Assembly (NCBI GenBank): GCA_034440375.1
Contig: JAWXBZ010000212.1
Span: 1-12,423 of the forward strand
DNA: 12,423 nucleotides
Reading direction: 5' to 3'
Origin: Candidatus Eiseniibacteriota bacterium
Lineage (GTDB): Bacteria; Eisenbacteria; RBG-16-71-46; JABDJR01; JAWXBZ01
The first letter of the stretch is position 1. Each line of letters opens with the position of its first letter. This document shows, piece after piece, positions 1 through 6,276 of this stretch. A model generated the notes under the pieces. That model made no database searches. It saw only the letters and a program-made list of their open reading frames with translations, and had not been told where the DNA came from. A program made the position numbers and the translations under genes.

Positions 1-34
1 GCGGCCGCGGCCGCTGCTGGGCTAAACGTCATAC
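1..34 (+). mobile_element. Right half of an attC site cut by the window edge; R' core reads GTCATAC instead of GTTATAC
   Basis: GCCGCTGCTGGGC-TAAAC-GTCATAC parallels the right arm of the attC at 2142-2229 (GCCGCTCAGC-TCAGCC-GTTAGAC). GTCATACG (28-35) matches the reverse complement of the next R'' CGTATAAC (879-886) at 7/8 positions. Confidence 0.65.
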
Positions 35-52
35 GTACATGAGGTCGCTGTG

Positions 53-433
53 ATGAAGATTGATGGGATTGATCATGTGGCCCTCGCTGTCCGGGACGTT
101 CGCCGTTCCGTCGCCTGGTACGAGCGGGTCTTGGAACTTGAGCGGCTTCACGAGGACGTATGGGGAGATTTTCCTGCGGTGGTCGGCGTAGGCACGACAT
201 CAATCGCCTTGTTTCCTGTTGAGAGTAACGATCCGAAGCCGTCTCCAGGCCAGGACATGTTGGCGATGCGTCATGTTGCGTTTCGGGCGAGTCGGGCTTG
301 TTTCCAGACGTTGCAGGGGAAATTGAAAACGCTCGGCATCGAGTTCGAGTTCCAGAATCACCAGATCGCCCACTCGATCTATTTTCATGATCCGGATGGG
401 CATGAAATAGAGATCACCACGTACGAACTGTAG
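53..433 (+). CDS. VOC family (glyoxalase/bleomycin resistance/extradiol dioxygenase) protein; first gene of cassette 1
   Basis: IDHVAL.V.D...SVAWYERVL, RHVAF and SIYFHDPDGHEIEI give the His/His/Glu metal-ligand pattern of VOC proteins. GAGG at 41-44 favours ATG 53; GTG 50 is the alternative start. Confidence 0.93.
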   Translation: MKIDGIDHVALAVRDVRRSVAWYERVLELERLHEDVWGDFPAVVGVGTTSIALFPVESNDPKPSPGQDMLAMRHVAFRASRACFQTLQGKLKTLGIEFEFQNHQIAHSIYFHDPDGHEIEITTYEL

Positions 434-467
434 GCAAGTTGTAGCACGCTGACGGGGAGAAACACGC

Positions 468-800
468 ATGCCCTTCTATCTCACGCGGTTCAGTTACACG
501 CCCGAAACGTGGGCACGGCTGGTCAAGAATCCGGAGGACCGTCGCGCCGCCGCCCAGCAGTACATCGAATCCGTGGGCGGAAAGCTGCACGGGTTCTGGT
601 ACGCCTTCGGCGATCACGATGCCTACAACCTGTGGGAGGCGCCGGACAACGTGTCGATGGCTGCCACGGCGATCGCTATCAGCGCGGGCGGGGCACTGAA
701 CTCGTTCCACACGACGGTTCTACTCACGGTTGAGGAGACGGTCGCCGCCCTTCAGAAAGCCGCGTCAATCAGGTATCGGCCGCCGGGGGAGGAAGGCTAG
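468..800 (+). CDS. GYD domain-containing protein; second gene of cassette 1
   Basis: 110 aa. Pattern YTPE.W..LVKNPEDR..AA...IES.GGKL..FWYAFGDHD.....EAPDN is typical of the GYD family. RBS GGGGAG upstream. Confidence 0.9.
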   Translation: MPFYLTRFSYTPETWARLVKNPEDRRAAAQQYIESVGGKLHGFWYAFGDHDAYNLWEAPDNVSMAATAIAISAGGALNSFHTTVLLTVEETVAALQKAASIRYRPPGEEG

Positions 801-879
801 GCGCGGCTTCTGGGGATTGCTCGAACGCTCGCTGCCGTCGGGGTGGTTTTGCGCGAGTTGAGGACTCATTCGAGCGGCC

Positions 880-939
880 GTATAACACCGCCATGCAGCC
901 GACGCTAGAAAGCGGCGCGGCTGATGGGGATCGTTATCC
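880..939 (+). mobile_element. attC recombination site (60 bp)
   Basis: R'' GTATAAC (880-886). Arm CCAT[G]CAGCCG[A]CGC pairs with GCGCGGCTGATGG leaving two unpaired bases. R' GTTATCC (933-939). Confidence 0.92.
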
Positions 940-958
940 GCTCTGAGGAAAGGTCGGG

Positions 959-1432
959 ATGGGAGTACCGAAGTCTGAAACGGAATTCGTGTTCAAAGTC
1001 AACCTGAAGAGCTCAAAGCGCGTCTCGCGGACGGTCGCGCTTCGTGGTGACCAGACCTTGGACGATCTGCACGAAGCCATTTTCGCTGCGTTCGACCGAT
1101 TCGATGTGCACCTGTATTCATTCTACTTTCCCAAGGCGCCAACCCGGCGAGGAACTGCTGGGCCGAAGCCCAAGGAGTACACCGCACCGCAGATGTTCGA
1201 CGAGCTCGACACACTCGACGACGAGGGCCGATTCGACGCTGCGACAACCAAGCTTGACGATCTTCGGCTAAGGCCTGGCCAGAAGTTTGAGTATCTGTTT
1301 GACTTCGGCGACTCCTGGTGGCACGAGGGTATCGTCGAAGCCGTGAATCCATCCGTCCCTCGAACGAGGTATCCTCAAATCCGGGAGAGCCGAGGGGCCT
1401 CCCCGCCGCAATACGAAGCTGTGGATGAGTAG
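959..1432 (+). CDS. Plasmid pRiA4b ORF-3 family (IS1096 passenger TnpR-like) protein; cassette 2
   Basis: Motifs FKV.L....VSRTV.L.GDQTLDDLHEAI..AF...D.HLYSF and L.L.PGQKFEYLFDFGDSWWH..VE....YPQI....GASPPQY are characteristic of this family. Confidence 0.9.
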   Translation: MGVPKSETEFVFKVNLKSSKRVSRTVALRGDQTLDDLHEAIFAAFDRFDVHLYSFYFPKAPTRRGTAGPKPKEYTAPQMFDELDTLDDEGRFDAATTKLDDLRLRPGQKFEYLFDFGDSWWHEGIVEAVNPSVPRTRYPQIRESRGASPPQYEAVDE

Positions 1433-1444
1433 CCGAGGCACGGC

Positions 1445-1504
1445 GGCTAACAAGTCGATGCAGCGGCCGGCCTTCGGCCACCGCTGATCGCCAAGCCGTT
1501 AGAC
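1445..1504 (+). mobile_element. attC recombination site (60 bp)
   Basis: R'' GGCTAAC (1445-1451). CGAT[G]CAGCGG pairs with CCGCTGATCG. Inner hairpin GGCC-TTC-GGCC. R' GTTAGAC (1498-1504). Confidence 0.93.
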
Positions 1505-1520
1505 AACAACATGAGCACCG

Positions 1521-1811
1521 ATGAGGCTATCACGACTGCACGTCCAAAATCTCAGATCCATCGGCGACTCCGGCGAGTGTGACGTTCAACCGATCTTCGG
1601 GATGGTCGGTGAGAACAACTGTGGGAAGTCGAATCTCCTACGAGCCGTCGAGGTTCTCGTATCGGCCGGCGCTGGGCGGCTCGCAAGAGACGATTTTAAG
1701 GACCCGTCAGCTCCGATCGTCATCAAGGGCTCGTTCGACTCTCTGACGGACCCCAGCGGAAGTCCGCGACGTGCTTGCCACGAAGCTGGGCAACTTGCTC
1801 GAGTTTGCTGA
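1521..1811 (+). pseudogene. N-terminal fragment of an OLD-family/AAA_15-type ABC-ATPase (ATP-dependent nuclease-like); cassette 3
   Basis: MRLSRLHVQNLRSI...MVGENNCGKSNLLRA (Walker A at ~1608-1631)...DDF....PIVIKGSF..LT. Family-like sequence ends at about residue 77. No Walker B or TOPRIM domain follows, and the whole cassette is only ~725 bp. Confidence 0.8.
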
Positions 1812-2050
1812 ACACGCTGAGTCGCCTGAGTACTTGCAAAGCGTCCGCTACTGGCCTGCTCACGTCCGAGCCCCAAGTCCCTCGGCGTAGCTTGCGCTTT
1901 AGGTGTTCTGGGATGAAGAACAACAACGAGGTCGCATCGCTGCTGACCGACACTGCCACTCTCAACGAAGCGCGCAATGAGACGTTGCGAGTCCTGCCCC
2001 AGTTGCGCCGCGAGGTTGGCGGGGAGCATCCTCGGTCTACGCCTTTGAAT
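1753..2050 (+). pseudogene. Degraded coding remnant of unknown identity in cassette 3
   Basis: Protein-like helical stretches in shifting frames: PAEVRDVLATKLGNLLEFAEHAESPEYLQSVR (1753-, stop 1890) and MKNNNEVASLLTDTATLNEARNETLRVLPQLRREVGG (1913-). No clean start/stop pair. Confidence 0.35.
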
Positions 2051-2141
2051 GGCGGGAGCTTCGGGGTGGGAGCTCTGCGAGTGACCGCGGTGAGCTTGTG
2101 CCCGAGTGCTGAAGTGACTCCGCTGCCTGTTCCGGCAGTCG

Positions 2142-2229
2142 GGCTAACATCCCGCTGGAGCGGACGCGCATCGTCGCCTGCGCTTCGTCCTTGCGGCCCT
2201 GCGCGCGCCGCTCAGCTCAGCCGTTAGAC
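2142..2229 (+). mobile_element. attC recombination site (88 bp)
   Basis: R'' GGCTAAC (2142-2148). GCTG[G]AGCGG[A]CGCGC pairs with GCGCGCCGCTCAGC. Longer variable terminal structure. R' GTTAGAC (2223-2229). Confidence 0.92.
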
Positions 2230-2251
2230 CGCGGAAAGGGAGGTCCACGAG

Positions 2252-2410
2252 ATGAAACGCTGGGTCGGTCGCTGGATCATCGGGGTTGGCATCGTCCACG
2301 TTGCGGTCGGCTTCGTCGTATTTGGAGAGCCAACAAGCCGATGCAGGATAAGCGGAGGCGCCGATCATCTCCCGTCGGTCAACAAACGGAGGAGTTCGGG
2401 CGTGGGATAG
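2252..2410 (+). pseudogene. Truncated small membrane protein (N-terminus resembles DUF6463 family); cassette 4
   Basis: Not in the ORF track (52 aa). RBS GGGAGG at 2238-2243, then MKRWVGRWIIGVGIVHVAVGFVVFGE. After ~26 codons it runs into an attC remnant and the antisense end of the transglycosylase gene. The family assignment is from memory of the W.G.W....H...G..VF pattern. Confidence 0.6.
2328..2347 (+). mobile_element. Left-half attC remnant (R'' + L'' only)
   Basis: AGCCAAC-AAGCC-GATGCAG is close to the start of the attC at 1445 (GGCTAAC-AAGTC-GATGCAG). No properly spaced L' or R' follows. Confidence 0.6.
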
Positions 2411-3579
2411 GCGTCGGCGGGGAGTTGCAACCTGATCTGCGCCTGCCGAACGGCGGCACGGGTGTTGGTGCCGAGCTTGCCGTCCACTTTGCCGACGGGG
2501 TAGCCGTCATCCAGCAGGATCTGCTGAAGTCTTTCGATCTCATTGATGCCGAACGGTGGCACCGCTGCATTGCCGCGCCGCATGGCCGGATCCCCTTCGA
2601 TACGACGGGCCAGGTAGGCGGCGGTCAGCGCGTAGTTCAATGAATGATTCCACTCCAGGTAGATATCGAAGTTGGAATAGGCCAGGAAGGCCGGACCGTT
2701 TCGCCCCATCGGCAGGAGGAGCGCGGCGGCAAGCTCATCGGCTGCGAGCGGCTTGCCGTTCGGTGTTGTGACGCCGAGCGAGCTCCAGGCCCGCCGTGGT
2801 TTCCGGATCGTGATGTCGGCCTCCTGCCAGGCCATGCTGGCCGGCACGCGAACCTCCTCGATCCACGGCTCTCCCTTTCGCCAGCCAATGCTGGCAAGGT
2901 AGGCGGCGGTGGAGGCCACGACATCGGGTGTGCTCGAAAGGAGATTGCGCTTCCCGTCGCCATCGTAGTCCACGCCGTGGTTGAAATAGTGCGAGGGCAG
3001 AAACTGCATCTGGCCAAGCTCGCCGGCCCATGAGCCGATCATCTCGCCGGCTTTCAAATCGCCGCGATCGATGACGCGGAGTGCGTCGAGGAACTGCGTG
3101 CGGAACATCGGCCCTCGCCGGCAATCGTACGCCAGCGTGGCCAGCGACCGGAGGATCGGCATCTTGCCCATGGCCAGCCCGAAGTCGCTTTCCAGCGCCC
3201 AGAACGCGGCGATGACCGGCGCGGGTACGCCATAGTCCCTGTCGATTCGCGCAAAGAGCGCCGCCTCGGTCTTCAGTTTCTTCTGGCCGCGTGTGATGCG
3301 GTCCGCAGTGGCCAGGCGCCCGGAAAACATCAGGAAGTCCTGCCAGTAGAAACCCTGGCGGCGATCCTTGCTGATGGTGGCCGGATCAAGCGTGATGCCG
3401 CGGAGCGCCGTGTCGATCGTCCGCTGCGATATTCCCTCGGCGGCCGCCTCGGCGCGGAATTCCGTGAGCCACCTGCTGAAATCACCGGAGTTACTGCACG
3501 GCTCGGCACCGGGCGCCGGGGCGGCGGAGAGCGCCGGAGAGGCCGTCAGAAGCAAAATGAGAGTCAGTCGTGCCATCAT
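2365..3579 (-). CDS. Lytic murein transglycosylase, MltB/SltB family (SLT_2 domain + C-terminal PG-binding domain)
   Basis: Signal peptide. Catalytic motif AFWALESDFG, plus SLATLAYDCRR, GSWAGELGQMQFLPS, EF-hand-like VDYDGDGKRNL and WNHSLNYA. C-terminal LQQIL...GY.VGKVDGKLG.NTRAAVR..Q PG-binding helices. Start is 3579 or 3576. Confidence 0.95.
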   Translation of the reverse strand: MMARLTLILLLTASPALSAAPAPGAEPCSNSGDFSRWLTEFRAEAAAEGISQRTIDTALRGITLDPATISKDRRQGFYWQDFLMFSGRLATADRITRGQKKLKTEAALFARIDRDYGVPAPVIAAFWALESDFGLAMGKMPILRSLATLAYDCRRGPMFRTQFLDALRVIDRGDLKAGEMIGSWAGELGQMQFLPSHYFNHGVDYDGDGKRNLLSSTPDVVASTAAYLASIGWRKGEPWIEEVRVPASMAWQEADITIRKPRRAWSSLGVTTPNGKPLAADELAAALLLPMGRNGPAFLAYSNFDIYLEWNHSLNYALTAAYLARRIEGDPAMRRGNAAVPPFGINEIERLQQILLDDGYPVGKVDGKLGTNTRAAVRQAQIRLQLPADAYPTPELLRLLTDGR

Positions 3580-3674
3580 GGAACAGGAAGTCTAGGCCAG
3601 GCGCGGCGGCATGGCCAGTCGCTTCATCCGGGTGTAAGCTGCCGGACATGTCTGGATCTGATCCAAATTCGATC

Positions 3675-4166
3675 ATGACAAGCCTCCTTCTCGCTCTCTG
3701 CCTGTCGGCGTCGCTCCCGGCCTGCTCGACCGGTGATGGGTCGGGCGGCCCCGGCAAGCTCCCACTCAGCCAGCTTCGCTCAGCCCCTGACACGCTTGCG
3801 TTCGGGGGTCATGACCTCGTGCTCCGGACATTTATATGGCGGGACTTCCAACCGGTTTCGCCGCCAAATGGCAAACCACTCATCGCCATCTTCTGGGTCT
3901 ATTCTGCGGACTCAACGGCGCTGCCCGCCAAACTCACGGCCGACGCGGCCTGGGTGGTGCACGGGCAGGAGATATGGAACACGTACCTTACCGCCGAGGA
4001 GCCCCCACCGGGCGAACAGGAGCCGTACCAGTTAGAGATGGTCGCACGAGAGGGTCCGCCGTGGGGGCCGGGAATTGAGGTGGACGCGGTGGTGCGGCTG
4101 CGGGACGGGACAGGCAAAACGTATCTCATCCGGGCATCGAGGCAACCGATCTTGCGGACGGACTGA
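3675..4166 (+). CDS. Putative lipoprotein of unknown function
   Basis: MTSLLLALCLSASLPA-C is a hydrophobic leader with a lipobox, followed by a Gly/Ser linker and a beta-rich domain (WRDFQP, VAREGPPWGPG..VDAVVRL). The start is uncertain (3648 or 3675); 3570 overlaps the divergent gene. Confidence 0.75.
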   Translation: MTSLLLALCLSASLPACSTGDGSGGPGKLPLSQLRSAPDTLAFGGHDLVLRTFIWRDFQPVSPPNGKPLIAIFWVYSADSTALPAKLTADAAWVVHGQEIWNTYLTAEEPPPGEQEPYQLEMVAREGPPWGPGIEVDAVVRLRDGTGKTYLIRASRQPILRTD

Positions 4167-4191
4167 GCAAAGCGCCGCTTCGACGCAAAGC

Positions 4192-4400
4192 ATGGAATCT
4201 TTCCTGTCGGACAGAGTCATGGCGTTTCTGCTCGGCATGCTCGCCGTCGTGTTCGCGCTGTCCTGGCTCGCTCGTCGCCACCCCCATGTCGGTTGACTTC
4301 AAGACGGTCCCCAACATCATCGTCGCTGCCTCTTCGGTCCTGCTCATCGCACTGGGAATCTGGATCCTCGTGAGGAATCGCTGGCGCTTCATCAAATGGG
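4192..4400 (+). pseudogene. Small membrane protein split into two out-of-frame pieces (probable internal deletion near 4293)
   Basis: MESFLSDRVMAFLLGMLAVVFALSWLARRHPHVG* (4192-4296; one TM helix) overlaps DFKTVPNIIVAASSVLLIALGIWILVRNR in another frame (second TM helix), which has no convincing RBS. The end coordinate is approximate. Confidence 0.45.
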
Positions 4401-4466
4401 CGATCACTTGCGTCCATACTCCCGACCCGATCCGCGAGCGGACAACATCCCACCTGGAGGCCTGTC

Positions 4467-5176
4467 ATGATCCTGCACCGACGCCGATTTCTCGAGATGT
4501 CCGCTGCCGGGCTCTGGGCGGTTCCGACCCTCCTCTCGGGCTCGGGGGCGGCAATGGCGCAACCGGCCGATGGGCCTCTGCCCTTGTCGCCGGGCTTTCC
4601 ATCCCACGATCCTGACCTGGCCCGCGGCATGGTGGGAGCCTCGCATGGAAATGTGGCCCGGGTGCGAGAACTGCTGGCGATCAGCGGGGCGCTGAGCAAG
4701 GCGTCGTGGGATTGGGGGTTCGGTGACTGGGAGACGGCGCTTGGCGCGGCCTCACACACCGGTAATCGGGAAATCGCGGCCCTGCTCATGGAGAACGGGG
4801 CTCGCCCGGATATTTTTACCCTGACGAGGCGGCAGCAGGGGTCCTGACCTACCTTGAGGGGCTTGGTGATGCCGACCGGGGCTACGCGAATCAGCCGATT
4901 GCGGAGGGGGGAGCGGCGCGCTATGCGGGCCTGTATGCCTTCGGCCCCGCGCCGGACGACAGGTTCGACGTCAGTACCAACAAGGACGTCGCCCTCGGTA
5001 TCAAGCGCCTTCCTGCTGGGGGCTTCCTCAAACTGTTTCACCAGGGCAACCACTCATTTCACCCGCCGGGAAATCCGGTGGTGCGCATCACCTTCGACAT
5101 TGCGTCCGGACCGGCGGAACGGCTGTCAATCGTGGAAGGCGCCCGAACCATCACGGCTCGCCGCGTTCAGGCCTGA
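4467..5176 (+). pseudogene. Tat-exported ankyrin-repeat protein, frame-broken near 4820
   Basis: Twin-arginine leader (HRRRFL...AMA) and ankyrin-like WDWGFGDWETALGAASHTGNREIAALLMENGARPDIF. That frame stops at 4847, but a second frame is open from 4820 to TGA 5174-5176: DEAAAGVLTYLEGLGDAD...RYAGLYAFGPAPDDRFDV...LFHQGNHSFHPPGNPVVRITF...ITARRVQA. Confidence 0.75.
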
Positions 5177-6210
5177 TCATCCGAGCCCCACAGCGACACC
5201 ACCTCCAGGTGGTCGGTGCCGGGGAAGGCATTGACCGCGATCCAGTTGAGCAGCCGGTACGAGGCTGATCGGAGGGCGGTTGCATCGCCTGCCAGGCCGT
5301 CCTGGTGACAGTGCAACGCCAGGACATGCGCGGGGCGTTGCGAAAGATCCGGGAGGCGCTCCAGCAATGTGGCGAATCCGTTTCGAGGCGGATCGAGGAG
5401 CCAGAGGTCGGCCACCGGCGGTGACATGCCTCTTGCCACGCGGGCCGCGCTGACGGCGATCCCGGGAAAGAAACGAGGCGCGTTCTCCCGCAACAAACCC
5501 GCCGCCCGGCCATCTCCCTCGAGTGCGGTGCCGCTCGGTCCAAGGCGCCGGGAGCACCAGGCGGTCAGGTTGCCGTATCCGGCGCCCCATTCGCACCAGG
5601 AGGGTGTCTCGATGCTTTCGGCGTCCAGCAACGCTCCCGCCGCGTCGGTGAGTGCTCGATTGATCCGGGGGCCGGGCTGGCTGAACGAGGCCACGAGACA
5701 TTCGAGTGGGAGCGCCTCGCCTTCCGGTGTCCAGGCGGGAAGCCAGGAATATGGGAATGCCGGCTGCAGCACCGGACCATCCGGTCCCGACACCGCGCCC
5801 TCGCCGCGCTGACCCAGTTCGATGATCCATCCATCATCGAGGAGCCGGGACAACCAGCCGCCGGACGACACGATGGCGGCGATCCCTTCGCGCGAGAGGT
5901 CGAGCCAGAGGCCACGTCGTCCATCCGGGGCAATCCGGAAGCGCACCTGCATATCGACCCGCGGGGGATGGGAGGCGGCAAATGCTTCGAAGAGGTTGGG
6001 CAATTCGGAATCGAGTTGTCTGAGCCACCGCTCTTCCGGAGGCGCGAAGCGCCAACCGCCGCCGGCATCGGACGGCCCGCGAAGGCCGAGCCGCCCCTCA
6101 TGCCACATGAGGTCAGCCCGGCTCCGCCCGCCGCGCGGGGCTGGATCGAGGAACGCCCGCGGGGGGAGCCCGAGGGTCCGTTCGGCCCTGTCAAGTCTGG
6201 TGTCCATCAC
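5167..6210 (-). CDS. Class I SAM-dependent RNA methyltransferase, RlmD/TrmA (m5U) family-like, divergent
   Basis: SFSQP (motif X Gln), EWGAGYGNLT (motif I), LLDPPRNG (motif IV), ALHCH (position of the catalytic Cys), NAFPGTDHLEVV (motif VIII Glu). Start is 6210 GTG or 6207 ATG. Confidence 0.82.
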   Translation of the reverse strand: MMDTRLDRAERTLGLPPRAFLDPAPRGGRSRADLMWHEGRLGLRGPSDAGGGWRFAPPEERWLRQLDSELPNLFEAFAASHPPRVDMQVRFRIAPDGRRGLWLDLSREGIAAIVSSGGWLSRLLDDGWIIELGQRGEGAVSGPDGPVLQPAFPYSWLPAWTPEGEALPLECLVASFSQPGPRINRALTDAAGALLDAESIETPSWCEWGAGYGNLTAWCSRRLGPSGTALEGDGRAAGLLRENAPRFFPGIAVSAARVARGMSPPVADLWLLDPPRNGFATLLERLPDLSQRPAHVLALHCHQDGLAGDATALRSASYRLLNWIAVNAFPGTDHLEVVSLWGSDDQA

Positions 6211-6276
6211 GTGGAATTAAGGTAGCATGCCGCCGATTCGCCCCATCATCGACACGCCTGCAAAAGGGAGTCCCCA

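Larger units (their letters stand above)
1..2347 (+). mobile_element. Integron gene-cassette array, 3' portion (complete integron or CALIN; intI not in window)
   Basis: Short, unrelated, co-oriented ORFs separated by imperfect palindromes with attC architecture (R''=RYYYAAC-like, L''/L' arms with extrahelical bases, R'=GTTRRRY-like) at 880-939, 1445-1504 and 2142-2229, plus partial sites at both ends. ORFs start 17-23 nt after the R' heptamers. Confidence 0.92.

Noticed and set aside
1-14. Overlapping NotI sites (GCGGCCGC x2) as a cloning-vector junction
   Set aside because: No vector or polylinker sequence follows. The GC-rich dyad is better explained as an attC arm.
801-879. GCTCGAA/TTCGAGC inverted repeat in the cassette-1 trailer as an ncRNA
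   Set aside because: Only 7 bp with weak internal pairing, which is not enough support.
959-1432. IS1096-like insertion sequence, suggested by the TnpR-like passenger family
   Set aside because: No transposase, terminal inverted repeats or target duplication. The gene is bounded by attC sites instead.
1775-2227. 150-aa ORF as an intact gene
   Set aside because: It has no RBS and reads through the attC (LTSRWSG...AAQLSR* is just the attC translation). Only the middle portion looks protein-like.
880-2347. Recurrent palindromes as a CRISPR array or terminators
   Set aside because: They are not identical, are spaced by gene-sized intervals, lack U-tracts and have R/L box attC structure.
449-4826. 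CTGACG hexamer near several junctions (449, 1743, 4821) as a recombination signal
   Set aside because: The same hexamer occurs inside intact genes (e.g. ~5450, ~6920, ~7010, ~7834) and is absent at the 2327 junction, so it is consistent with chance.
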